Source: Bacteroidota bacterium | GTDB taxonomy: Bacteria > Bacteroidota > Bacteroidia > J057 > JADKCL01 | NCBI GenBank assembly: GCA_031424495.1 | Contig: JANPHP010000343.1 | Span: 11,218-75,217, forward strand | DNA: 64,000 nucleotides | Reading direction: 5' to 3' | Part shown: positions 10,309 to 19,738 of the stretch, piece by piece | Layout: each line of letters opens with the position of its first letter | Position numbering within the stretch: the stretch's first letter is position 1 | The notes under the pieces: model-generated | Databases searched by the model: none | What the model was told of the DNA's origin: nothing | Seen by the model: the letters and a program-made list of their open reading frames with translations, nothing else | Program-made: the position numbers and the translations under genes

Positions 10309-10884
10309 TCAGGAATTCTGGCTGTGGTAGCCCTGCATTTCGCACACGCGCTCGGCCTGCAAAACATGGCGCTCGATATGGTAAACAAAGAAACGAAAGG
10401 TATCTCCAAGTCGTAGCCGGATGAGTTTGCTGAGCGAAATTGCCGTCTTGGTGCGTTGCAAGTCGACCTTTTTGGATTGCAGGAGCAGAGAGTGCAGCAA
10501 TTCCTGTTGCTTGAGAAATCGGTCGATCGTCATGCGTGTCAATTTGGAATGGGAAGGATCCTTGTCCTTGGGGGATTTCATTTTCTTCATTTTCCCATCC
10601 TTTGCTTGCATCAGTCCCGCAAAATAGTTGCCGAGCAGACCACTTTTGAAGATCGGCGATGCTTGGCCGCCCTTTTGTGCCAAAATTTGGTTCTGGATTT
10701 CCGGTAGATAGTAGTCGCCATAACGATTCAGGTGCTCGATACATTCTAAAATGCTCCAAGTACTTGTATTTTGCTTGAAATTGAGTTGCAAATCGGAAAG
10801 CGACTGTAGTTTTCGCGCTACAACCGTTGATTTATCGGTGATTTGTAGCATTTCTGCGATCAGAAGTGAAGATTCTATTTTCAT
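10309..10884 (-). CDS. DinB-family protein
   Basis: WSILECIEHL and H.ERH..Q metal-binding motifs. Downstream of a Crp regulator, a common Bacteroidota pairing. Confidence 0.85.
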   Translation of the reverse strand: MKIESSLLIAEMLQITDKSTVVARKLQSLSDLQLNFKQNTSTWSILECIEHLNRYGDYYLPEIQNQILAQKGGQASPIFKSGLLGNYFAGLMQAKDGKMKKMKSPKDKDPSHSKLTRMTIDRFLKQQELLHSLLLQSKKVDLQRTKTAISLSKLIRLRLGDTFRFFVYHIERHVLQAERVCEMQGYHSQNS

Positions 10885-10940
10885 GACGGAGTTATTTCCA
10901 CAAAGTTGCTGGGTATCTCCTGCATGTTCCTTGATTGAGA

Positions 10941-11483
10941 TCAAGAATTTCGAATGCGGCTCAGCGTTTCGGGTTTCATCCGCAGGTAGTTGGCGATGTA
11001 TTTGAGCGGAATCTGCTGAAAAAGGAGTGGGCTGCGTTGCAGCACGCGCTGCAATCGCTCGGCAGGGGAGGTGATGAGCAGATCGATCTCGCGGTCGATT
11101 TGCTGTGTCACAAGATTTTCCAGCAGGGCTAGGTATTGTTGCAGGCTCTCCGTGCTCGCATGCACGCGATGCATCAAGACCTCTTTGGAGACCACGTGCA
11201 ACGTCGTTTTGCGAATTGCGGCAATGTATAGCTCAGAAGGCTTCTCATTGAGAAACGAGGACAGCGATGTGATGAGCGAGCCTTCGTAACCCAAGCGCAC
11301 GATTTTTTCCTCGTACGCTGAAAGGTAGAATGCGCGCACAGCCCCCGTTTCGATCCAGTAAAAATTGCGCTCGATATCACCTTCACGCAGGAGGAACTCA
11401 TCTTTGGAGAGCACTCTGGGTTGCCCGATTTCATGGATATCGGCAATCAGCTGTGCGGCAAAGGCGGGCGGTGTAGGCGGCAT
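10941..11483 (-). CDS. Crp/Fnr-family transcriptional regulator
   Basis: LLREG cNMP-binding start and C-terminal IPLKYIANYLRMKPETLSRIR HTH. Confidence 0.9.
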   Translation of the reverse strand: MPPTPPAFAAQLIADIHEIGQPRVLSKDEFLLREGDIERNFYWIETGAVRAFYLSAYEEKIVRLGYEGSLITSLSSFLNEKPSELYIAAIRKTTLHVVSKEVLMHRVHASTESLQQYLALLENLVTQQIDREIDLLITSPAERLQRVLQRSPLLFQQIPLKYIANYLRMKPETLSRIRNS

Positions 11484-11507
11484 AAATGATCGCGGCGAGG
11501 AAAGATT

Positions 11508-11915
11508 TTATTTCGCGCGCATTTTGTTGCCCTTGGCTTCATGGGTCACCTCGGCGAGCCCGATGGCCTCCATGAGCGGGGGGATGTACATGCCCACGCG
11601 GCCGCGCAAGCCCTTTTTGAGGCCATACCACCCACCTACAGGGTTGGATTCTGAGCGGCCCCAGGCCTCGACGGTGCCTTCCTTGGCGGGCTTTTGCTCG
11701 TCGGCGCTGCCGAGCTCCATCCAGTCGCCATGGGCTTTGAGCATGGCATGCAGATCGTTCAGAATGCGGATGTCATAGTGCAAGACGGTCTTGCCGACCG
11801 TGCAGACCAAGATTTCCTTGCCGTCCTTTTCGTCGACGTGCATCGTGTACTCAGAGCTGAGCGGTGGCGTCTGCAACTGGAGCGGTTTTTCTTTGGTGCC
11901 AATTTGCTGTTTCAT
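11508..11915 (-). CDS. Conserved hypothetical protein (DUF6855-like)
   Basis: TPPLSSEY, LGSADEQKPAKEGTVEAWGR and NPVGGWYGLKKGLRGR. Family name recalled, not searched. Confidence 0.7.
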   Translation of the reverse strand: MKQQIGTKEKPLQLQTPPLSSEYTMHVDEKDGKEILVCTVGKTVLHYDIRILNDLHAMLKAHGDWMELGSADEQKPAKEGTVEAWGRSESNPVGGWYGLKKGLRGRVGMYIPPLMEAIGLAEVTHEAKGNKMRAK

Positions 11916-12016
11916 AATCTGGATATCGAAAATAAGAGGGCGGTGAATGGAGTGAAAATAGACAAATAATTTGGATCAAGACATGGAATCGCTGGTCTTG
12001 TGGTCGAGGCCGCTTG

Positions 12017-12325
12017 CTAGAGCAGGGGTTGCGAACCGCCTACGAGCGTGAGCAATTCCTGCTGCGGTGGCACTTCGGGGCCGCTTGCGCGCAGCTGTGC
12101 TTGAAAGTCTTGAAAGCTTTGCAGCGCGAACAGCTCCTTTTGGTCGGCATCGGTTGCAAAAAAAGCCGTGTGGGTAAATGTCTTGCCATCCGCCCCCAAG
12201 CATACAAAATAATTGATGCCGCGGTTGTCGAGCGCTTGTAAGTCGCGCATCACTTGGGCGATGTTGGCGCTGTTTTGCGGCACGTAGTCGGGCGAAGCAG
12301 TGTAGGTAACCTTTACAATTTTCAT
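12017..12325 (-). CDS. Small dimeric alpha/beta-barrel (ABM-like) hypothetical protein
   Basis: 102 aa, VKVTYT...N.ANI..V...DGKTFTH pattern. AT-rich upstream region. Confidence 0.65.
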   Translation of the reverse strand: MKIVKVTYTASPDYVPQNSANIAQVMRDLQALDNRGINYFVCLGADGKTFTHTAFFATDADQKELFALQSFQDFQAQLRASGPEVPPQQELLTLVGGSQPLL

Positions 12326-12514
12326 AAACGATTTCAGCTAAATTTTTGAAAGACGCCTTTTGGGCGGTGCAGCGCTGCAAAACGATAGGGTGGACGCGTT
12401 TTTTCTGAAAATTAATGAAGTGATTTCATTGTCAATGCATTAAGATTGAAATTTCAGGCGTCCTGACCTCGTGTAAACTAATTGGGATGAATTGGACTAA
12501 TGATTTGCAATGAA

Positions 12515-12706
12515 GCTTTCGCCCCTGCAGGGCTTGTTTTTCATGCATGTCGCAAGCGATGGGCCTTGCCCATCGCTGATTGCTTGTGCCCTTACAGGGC
12601 TGTTGAGCTGGCCAACAGCCCTGTAAGGGCATAAGCCACCAGCATAGGGCAAAGCCCTATGCACCCCAGCCGACATGTTATCATCCAGCCCTGTAAGGGC
12701 GAAAGC
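12515..12706. repeat. 192-bp composite palindrome (REPIN/BIME-like) of two inverted three-hairpin units
   Basis: Four GCCCTGTAAGGGC-type motifs and two ATGGGC/ATAGGGC hairpins arranged symmetrically about ~12609. Confidence 0.8.
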
Positions 12707-12855
12707 AAAAGAGTAGTAGTTGACAGGCACTCCCGCGACAGCATGATTGTATGCGATCTTGAGAAATCAACGTGATTTCTGATTGCGGGAATCGCGCTTT
12801 TTGACCACAATTTCGGGGATATGTCAGGAGTTCTGAATGTACACAGCATGGATTG

Positions 12856-13170
12856 TCATTGTGCCTTCAGCTCCACGATCTCACCGCTACTAAAGCTGCT
12901 GAAGGAGCGCTTGCAATCTGCGTAACCCTCCTTCGAGAAATTGATCACGACCCTCGGGCAACCGAATAGTCCTCCCGAAATGCCACGGTACCCAAATTGC
13001 CCAGTCGAGTCGGTTTCCATCCGATGGGTATAGGCGGATTTTATGTGGATACTCACACCCGTCAATGGCTGATGGGTGGCGCTGTCGCGTACGGTGCCCG
13101 AGACAGATTGGATGCAGTCGCAGGCGGTGAGGGCTAGGCAGCCGATGGTCAATAAGACGATTTTTTTCAT
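12856..13170 (-). CDS. Small lipoprotein with carboxypeptidase-regulatory-like domain
   Basis: Lipobox LTAC, then VSGTVRD...PL.GVSI...TDSTGQF...KEGY. Confidence 0.75.
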   Translation of the reverse strand: MKKIVLLTIGCLALTACDCIQSVSGTVRDSATHQPLTGVSIHIKSAYTHRMETDSTGQFGYRGISGGLFGCPRVVINFSKEGYADCKRSFSSFSSGEIVELKAQ

Positions 13171-13229
13171 GCTGCAACGATCATTTTCAAGAATGGGCTA
13201 TTCCCAAGTCGGGTGGGGCCTCCTAAATC

Positions 13230-13679
13230 TCAAAGTGTTTTCTGGAAACAAACGCTGCTCGCGACCTCCGCATACTGCCCAAAATTGGGGATGCGCGCAT
13301 AACCACGTTTTGTATAGAGCGCGATCGCCTCCGGCTGCCGGATACCCGTTTCCAGAATGCAAGCGGCGTAGCTCAGCTCCCTGACCCAAGTTTCCAATGT
13401 GGCGAGCACCTGTGAGGCGATGCCCTGGCCACGGTGGTCGGGCAAGACATACATGCGCTTGATTTCCATCACGCCCGGCGCATATTCCTTGAATGCGCCG
13501 CAGCCCACGGGGACGGCATCGACGTAACAAACTACCGTGTGTTTGATGTGGTCGAGCTTGTTGTACTGGGCAAAAAATGCGTGCTCCTCGCCGTCGCGGA
13601 TGCGCAAGTCTTGGTCGAGCAGGGCGACAAGCCCTTGGAAGTCAGTGTTTTCGGAATTGGTTCTGAGCAGGGTAATCAT
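13230..13679 (-). CDS. GNAT-family N-acetyltransferase
   Basis: VGCGA, EIKRMYV, RGQGIA and LETG.RQPEAIALY motifs. Confidence 0.92.
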   Translation of the reverse strand: MITLLRTNSENTDFQGLVALLDQDLRIRDGEEHAFFAQYNKLDHIKHTVVCYVDAVPVGCGAFKEYAPGVMEIKRMYVLPDHRGQGIASQVLATLETWVRELSYAACILETGIRQPEAIALYTKRGYARIPNFGQYAEVASSVCFQKTL

Positions 13680-13734
13680 GCCCAAAAGATAACGCATCAT
13701 CGGCAATCTTGAAAACGATGTTTGCAGGAGTGGC

Positions 13735-14736
13735 CTAGGCTCCGCCCGTGACAAAGATGTCGTTCAATTCAGCATAGCGCCGCACGAGGGCTTGGACAAA
13801 GCGCTTCAAATAGGCTTCGCTCAAAAAGGAATTGGACCAGTTTTCATAGCGGCGGCATTGCACGCCGAGGTAAAAGAAATAGAGGCTGAGGCCCAATTGC
13901 GGAAGCAAGCGTTGTTCCTCGGGGTCGATCGCGGTGACGGATGTGTAACCCGCCATGAAATGATCGATTTTGGAAGCAACTTGCTCGGCGTCGCGCTCGA
14001 CATTGTGGAGTTGCAAGACGTAGTAGGCAATGTCCATGCACAACCATCCATTCCCACAAAAGTCAAAATCAAATAGCGTCACATTCCCCGCCGCATCCAC
14101 ATTCAGATTGTCGACCCAAATATCCAAATGCACGGCCCCAACGCGTATTTGGTCCAAGCTAACGGTACCCAGATCGGCTAGCAGGCGTTGTTGCAATGCC
14201 TTGAGGTAAGTCATTTCCTCCGCATCGGCAGACAAGTATCGCCCGATTTCCAGTAGCGGATCAATCAGCAAGACCTCGGTCGAATAGGTGGTGCGCTCCA
14301 AATGCAGATTGTGGGTGACGCTGTGCAGCTTAGCCATCAACTGACCGATCAAAAAATGCGTTTCATTCGATAGGCTGTGCAGTTTTTTGCCTGCGGCGAA
14401 TGTGAAGAGCACGCCCATGCGCGCGCCTTCGGGCGCTGCCAGCGTGTGGATGTAAGCACCCTCGCGGTCCGCGAGCGCATGCGACACGGGCACATGCTGC
14501 GCATGGAGCAAATTCAGCAGCCTGATTTCCTCCAGAATTTCCGCCTGCGTGCGCCAATTCAGGCTGTAGACGCGGTAGACATATTGCTGCGCCGCATCCT
14601 CGACCAGGTAGGTGTCGTTGATACCCGAGCGGATGAGCTTGCAAGCGACCGCGCCATTTAATGCGTAATGCGCCTGCAAATAAGCGGCGAGGTGGCTTGC
14701 CGAGAGGTTGGAATGCGAGACGGGAAAGGGTTGCAT
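13735..14736 (-). CDS. Phosphotransferase (APH / type II homoserine kinase-like)
   Basis: GINDTY, VHLDIWVDNL (HxDxxxxN) and FDFDFCG motifs. Start could be 14754. Confidence 0.85.
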   Translation of the reverse strand: MQPFPVSHSNLSASHLAAYLQAHYALNGAVACKLIRSGINDTYLVEDAAQQYVYRVYSLNWRTQAEILEEIRLLNLLHAQHVPVSHALADREGAYIHTLAAPEGARMGVLFTFAAGKKLHSLSNETHFLIGQLMAKLHSVTHNLHLERTTYSTEVLLIDPLLEIGRYLSADAEEMTYLKALQQRLLADLGTVSLDQIRVGAVHLDIWVDNLNVDAAGNVTLFDFDFCGNGWLCMDIAYYVLQLHNVERDAEQVASKIDHFMAGYTSVTAIDPEEQRLLPQLGLSLYFFYLGVQCRRYENWSNSFLSEAYLKRFVQALVRRYAELNDIFVTGGA

Positions 14737-14792
14737 GGAAAATGGATCGGGCATTTCAGGCTGACAATTGACTTCGCACGACGGACTTCGAA

Positions 14793-15407
14793 CTAGGCAA
14801 TCTGCACAATGCGAGCGCCCTTGCACAGCGGATAGGTGTCGACAAGCCCTTGGATCGCGCGTTTCATTGCCTCAAAAGAATCGCCATATACATAGATCGC
14901 CGTCTCAGCCGGTCCCTGCCAATACCTGAGCACATCCGACTCGTCTCCAGTCAGCCGCTTGACCTCGGCCAAGACATAGTTGGAATCACAGGTTTGGTAG
15001 GTCTCAGGGGACAGGTTGCGGCCATCGAGGTAGAGCGCAAGGCCCTCGCGCTTACCGATTTTAAACTCCTGTTTGGTTTTGGCGATCCACAAGCGAGAGC
15101 CCTTGGGCGCTCCTTTGGCCTCCAGCATTTGGATGATTTTTTGAAGGAGAACCGGATTGACCTCGTCTGAAAAAACGTGGATGTCGACATCGCAACCTGT
15201 GATTTCGCCATGTTCAGAGGTCATCGTGCCGCCGCCATTCACCTCGCCCAGGCCACCGGCTTGCAGCATCTCGTCCACCGGATCTTCATACAATTCGCCC
15301 CTGTCGATGGGCAAGATGCGGTCATTGAGCGACGCAACGATCATCGTATCGCTAGGGATCGGTGCCGGGTTTTCCTTCTTGCCAAATAGCCGCTTGAATA
15401 GACTCAT
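14793..15407 (-). CDS. Conserved hypothetical protein
   Basis: MSLFKRLFG amphipathic start and PIDRGELYEDP...GGGT motif. Function unknown. Confidence 0.75.
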   Translation of the reverse strand: MSLFKRLFGKKENPAPIPSDTMIVASLNDRILPIDRGELYEDPVDEMLQAGGLGEVNGGGTMTSEHGEITGCDVDIHVFSDEVNPVLLQKIIQMLEAKGAPKGSRLWIAKTKQEFKIGKREGLALYLDGRNLSPETYQTCDSNYVLAEVKRLTGDESDVLRYWQGPAETAIYVYGDSFEAMKRAIQGLVDTYPLCKGARIVQIA

Positions 15408-15539
15408 CGATCTTGTACTTTTTGGGGAATGACGAACATGCTAACTCCTGCTGAGGAAGGCTTGCAGCCGCAAGGTAAAAGTTTTGTTCCAGAATTGGGG
15501 TGGTAGGAGCAGTTGCCGACTTCTCGGGAAATGCAAAAC

Positions 15540-16442
15540 CTACACAGCCCGCAAAGCCGCGAGCTTTCCAAACAATTCCTTTTCCTCCTCAGTGAGTTGG
15601 GTCGGCATAACAATTTGAAATGTGATGTACAAGTCCCCGAATTCGCCTTCTTTTTTGTACTTGGGAAAGCCTTTTCCTTTGAGTTTGACCTTCGAGCCAT
15701 TGGGGGTCTCGGGGGCAATCTTGAGTTTGACCTTGCCGTCGAATGTGTCGACCATCATGTCGCCACCGAGGATGGCCTTGTACAGGTCGAGGTCGGTGGT
15801 AACGTGGAGGTTGTCGCCGTCGAGCTTGAACTTGGTGGTGTTTTCGATGCGAAATGTGAGCAAGAGGTCGCCGTTGGGGCCGCCATTGGCGCCCTCGCCC
15901 CCGATTCCCGGGATTTTGACTACCTGACCGTCCTTGACGCCGGCCGGGATCGTGATGCGGATGCTTTGACCGTTGATCGTGAGGGTGCGCTTCTCGGTTT
16001 TGAAAACCTCGTCGAGGCGCAAATGCAGCTCCGCTTGCGCGTCTTGCCCCTTGTATCGGCCTTGCCTTCCCCTGCCTCCTCCGCCACCTGCTCCGCCAAA
16101 TAGTGACTCAAAGAAATCAGAGAATCCGCCGCCGTTGCCGCCGAAATCAGCACCTGTAAAGTTGCCGCCGACCTGCCCGCCGCGCTGTTGCTTGCGGGCG
16201 CGCTCGATCTCGTCGGCATGTTTCCAATCCTTGCCGTAGTCGTCATACTTCTTGCGGTTTTCAGGATGGCTTAAAACCTCGTTGGCTTCGTTGATTTCCT
16301 TGAACTTGGTCTCGGCGGCCTTGTTGTTGGGGTTCAGGTCGGGGTGGTATTTGCGCGCGAGCTTGCGGTAGGCTTTTTTGATCTCGTCTACCGATGCCTG
16401 CTTATCGACTCCCAATACTGCGTAATAATCTATGAATGCCAT
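15540..16442 (-). CDS. cbpA: J-domain co-chaperone, CbpA-like (no Zn finger)
   Basis: [14 protein letters not shown]-rich linker and DnaJ C-terminal domain. Confidence 0.88.
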   Translation of the reverse strand: MAFIDYYAVLGVDKQASVDEIKKAYRKLARKYHPDLNPNNKAAETKFKEINEANEVLSHPENRKKYDDYGKDWKHADEIERARKQQRGGQVGGNFTGADFGGNGGGFSDFFESLFGGAGGGGGRGRQGRYKGQDAQAELHLRLDEVFKTEKRTLTINGQSIRITIPAGVKDGQVVKIPGIGGEGANGGPNGDLLLTFRIENTTKFKLDGDNLHVTTDLDLYKAILGGDMMVDTFDGKVKLKIAPETPNGSKVKLKGKGFPKYKKEGEFGDLYITFQIVMPTQLTEEEKELFGKLAALRAV

Positions 16443-16722
16443 TGAATTTCCTCTATCAAATTTTATCAGTCGTCAACGCTGTGCAAGCCAGCTTAGAAAT
16501 GCCATGCCGCGGGCAGCAATATCGTGAATGTTCGTGCAAATTTACGGTAATCGCGTGCGGAATGGGTACAAAACTGAGTGATGTCATCCGAGAGGAACGG
16601 GTGGCTTTACTTTTCCTGTCGGCGGTCATCTTTTGCGGCGAGCAACTTGGCCTTGGGTCGGATGGAATACAGGATGCAACTGCGAAACAGTCATTGGGCG
16701 AAAAATTCCGCACGGCAGAAGC

Positions 16723-17244
16723 TTATTCTTTGACCGGAAGCAATTCAAAACCCTCCATGCCGACTACCCATCCACTGGCCACCTTGCCGGCGTCTTTGAG
16801 TTTGAGCAGGTATTTCTTGCCGCTGTAGCTGATGTCCATTTCGATGTTGGCGAGTTCGTTGTCGGGGCCTTGCCAAGTCTCGCAGCGGATGTCGCCTAGC
16901 TTGGCCTTGGACAAAACGACGCCATCGCGCGATGCGTGGTCAGAAGTGGACTCGTAGGACTTTGTGGCCGCATCCAAAAACTCGCCTATGATGAGTTTCA
17001 TTTCCGCCTTGAAGGCCTTCAGCTCATCCTCGGGCATGTCGGCGGTCGCCAAATAGCTCTCCAGATCACTTTCCTGCGGAATGATCATTTTGAGACCTGC
17101 GGCATCTTGGTGACGCAAAATTTTGAATATCGTCTTCCCGAGCTTTTTGGGTGAGCTGTGGTTGTAAGACGAAATGCATCCGGTAGCCGCCGCGAGCAGG
17201 AGGATAATGAAGAGGCTCCGCAAGGATAATGCGATAGATTTCAT
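16723..17244 (-). CDS. Hypothetical lipoprotein
   Basis: Signal peptide ending ATGC. Starts 3 nt downstream of the cytochrome c gene. Confidence 0.7.
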   Translation of the reverse strand: MKSIALSLRSLFIILLLAAATGCISSYNHSSPKKLGKTIFKILRHQDAAGLKMIIPQESDLESYLATADMPEDELKAFKAEMKLIIGEFLDAATKSYESTSDHASRDGVVLSKAKLGDIRCETWQGPDNELANIEMDISYSGKKYLLKLKDAGKVASGWVVGMEGFELLPVKE

Positions 17245-17247
17245 GGC

Positions 17248-18294
17248 TCAGATGTCGCCCGAAAAGAAGTAGGCGCGCAAATCTTCTACCTGCGCATTGC
17301 TCATGCGCTCAGCGGTGTAGTTGGGCATATAGGCTCGGTGGCCGGTGTCGGCGTAGGTGCCGTGGCGCACGATTTCATAAAGCGAGAGATGGCCTTTGCT
17401 TTTGAGGTGCTCGCGAAACATGCTCAGCGAGACTTTGCCATTGTCGAGCTTGAGGTAGTTGCTCGGCCCCTGCTCATCGTGGCACATCAAGCAACTGTTG
17501 TCATAGATCAATCGTCCGCGCTTTGCGTCGGGCTTGCGATCGATTGCATAGCCCTTGCCTTTGTCTTCGGGTGCCTCGACAAATGTCGCTGGCGATCCCG
17601 AACGATAATAGGTGTGCAACCATTTGGCCATGGCAGGATTGGGGCCCTTGCCTTCGGCTTCGCGCAGTTTTTTCCAGTCATCGGCGCTCAAGCGCAAATC
17701 GCCAAGCTTGTATTCAATCGACCAGTAATAGCTCAGCATAGCCTTCATTTCCCATGGCGTGAAGTCGCGGCCTTGGCTGCAGACGGTCGCACACAGGTGA
17801 ATCGCATATTCTAAGCTGTTGTAGGCAGGCTTCACGAGGTCGCCATATTTTTTGAGGTAATCGTCGTTGTACCAGCTCGATTTGTTCACTGTGCCATACA
17901 TGGTCGTCGCGGGAAGGAATGCCATGCGGTTTTTGAGCACGTAATCGAGGCGCAGATCGGGATCGCTCACACGCAAATCTGGATCTTCTTGAGCCGAGTT
18001 GTGACAGTTGTTGCAGGTGAAGTGTCGGCTTTGTAGACGAATGTTTTTCCCATCGGCACCCACGGTCGTGCCGGTAAAAAAGATTTCCTTGCCTTTTTGT
18101 GCTAACTCGGGCGTCATATCTGCTGGACGATGTTTCGGGTCAGGCTCGCCCAAGGCGCGCAAGACCTCAGAGACCGGAGTATTTTTGTCCCATTGTGATG
18201 CTGGCGGCAAGTCGGTGGAGCGCAAATAGCGCGTGGCGGTCAGGCCCAAACCGAGCGCGACGATCCCTATGAGAAATACAATGTGACGTTTCAT
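17248..18294 (-). CDS. Periplasmic diheme c-type cytochrome
   Basis: Signal peptide, CNNCH and CLMCH heme motifs, distal MP, extra CATVC. Confidence 0.85.
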   Translation of the reverse strand: MKRHIVFLIGIVALGLGLTATRYLRSTDLPPASQWDKNTPVSEVLRALGEPDPKHRPADMTPELAQKGKEIFFTGTTVGADGKNIRLQSRHFTCNNCHNSAQEDPDLRVSDPDLRLDYVLKNRMAFLPATTMYGTVNKSSWYNDDYLKKYGDLVKPAYNSLEYAIHLCATVCSQGRDFTPWEMKAMLSYYWSIEYKLGDLRLSADDWKKLREAEGKGPNPAMAKWLHTYYRSGSPATFVEAPEDKGKGYAIDRKPDAKRGRLIYDNSCLMCHDEQGPSNYLKLDNGKVSLSMFREHLKSKGHLSLYEIVRHGTYADTGHRAYMPNYTAERMSNAQVEDLRAYFFSGDI

Positions 18295-18393
18295 CTTTTC
18301 AAATACGTTGTAGCCATCCGAAACTAATCAAAAATTGGGGAAAAGCATGGACTTCCTCCCAGCAGACGCAAAATTATCGCATCTGGCCAAACA

Positions 18394-19686
18394 TCAATGG
18401 CGCATGAGCAGCACCTTCTCAGTTCTCAAGACCTGCTCGTCCGACAGCAATTGTAGGAAATAGGCACCTGCGGGGATGCTACTCGCATCCAATTCAAGCG
18501 ATTGGTTTTTGGCGGAGCCATCGACGGACCATGACTTCAGCGACTGCCCATTCAGATTGAGCAGCTTGAGCTCATAGTTTGCAACAACAAGACCTTGCAG
18601 TTGCACGCCAATCACCCCATTGCTAGGATTGCCGCGCAATTGCAACATCGGCGTTGTGGCGCGGGGATCGGTGGTGCCGACCGTTGTGGACACTTCAAAG
18701 TCGAGCACAACAGGAAAGTGATCGCTTGAAAGTTTCAAGTTGTTGAGTACGGTCGCATTCACGCTTGCGTTGGGTGCATGCGGGTTGCCGGGCACCCAAT
18801 AGGTGCTCGGCAGTGCACGAATGCCGTCGGTTTGGTTGAGCACGGCATTGGAAACCAAAATGTGGTCAAACCGATCGTCGAGGGCGCCGCCCGAGCCGCA
18901 GGGATTTGCGGGGCTCGACGAGGTCGCCTGTGTCATGGCAGGAAGCGTGCTGCCGTTGCTGTGCCAGTTGCCCACGAGGTTCAGTACATCGTTGAGTTTG
19001 CAATCGGCATTGGAATGGGCGATCATATTTTGAAATGAGGCCGCGGTAGAACCGTCCAAGTTAAAATCGCCCTGCACGATAAAATTGCCGCTACGCCCCA
19101 ATCCATCTAGGAAATTCATGATGTCGGCAGTTTGCACTTGACGAGTATTTTCATCGGATGCATGCAAATGCACCTGAATGACCTCCAAAAACGTGGTGTC
19201 GCCCGTGGCGAGCCCCGGGCCTTTGTGGTAAAATTTGTAGTAGTTGATGTCGCGCAGCGTCAAGGTAGGCTCTGGAACCACGGCTTGCATTGCCAGTCCA
19301 AATTTGTCGCTGTTGTAGTACATGCAATTGGCGACGTCTTGGCTGTTGTTGAATGTCATCGTTGTGGTGCGATAGGCGGGGTTCACGTTTTGCAACACGT
19401 TGATGAGCAAATTGTTGGCGGGGCTGGTCGGTCCAGCGAAAGGGCCTATTTCATTTACCCCAAAGATGTCTGGCCGTGTCGTGCTCAAGATGCTTGTGAG
19501 GTAAGGATTCCGCGTGGTCACACCTGTGGGCGTGCAGCCGATCCCCTGAGCGCCGTAGCGCAAAAGATTGTAGGTCATCACCCTGATGGTGTCTTGCGAC
19601 AAGGCGCTTCCAGATAGCGTCAGCACAAGCAACAAGCTCAGGCTCCACCTCCGTACAATCGTTGATTTCATCTTGATTTCCGTCAT
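18394..19686 (-). CDS. Secreted endonuclease/exonuclease/phosphatase with T9SS C-terminal domain
   Basis: VMTYNL, GVNE, QGDFN, FDHILVS and SDHFPV motifs. CTD GNPS...PAGAYFLQL...KVLL. Confidence 0.88.
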   Translation of the reverse strand: MTEIKMKSTIVRRWSLSLLLVLTLSGSALSQDTIRVMTYNLLRYGAQGIGCTPTGVTTRNPYLTSILSTTRPDIFGVNEIGPFAGPTSPANNLLINVLQNVNPAYRTTTMTFNNSQDVANCMYYNSDKFGLAMQAVVPEPTLTLRDINYYKFYHKGPGLATGDTTFLEVIQVHLHASDENTRQVQTADIMNFLDGLGRSGNFIVQGDFNLDGSTAASFQNMIAHSNADCKLNDVLNLVGNWHSNGSTLPAMTQATSSSPANPCGSGGALDDRFDHILVSNAVLNQTDGIRALPSTYWVPGNPHAPNASVNATVLNNLKLSSDHFPVVLDFEVSTTVGTTDPRATTPMLQLRGNPSNGVIGVQLQGLVVANYELKLLNLNGQSLKSWSVDGSAKNQSLELDASSIPAGAYFLQLLSDEQVLRTEKVLLMRH

Positions 19687-19738
19687 TTACCTAGCCAAAA
19701 GTAGTGAGATATTCGGTAAAAAGCCCTATTTTTCATCT

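Noticed and set aside
15408-15539. cbpM expected downstream of cbpA
   Set aside because: The gap is only ~130 bp and contains no suitable ORF.
8093-17244. Integron cassette array
   Set aside because: No repeated attC-like sites between genes and no integrase.
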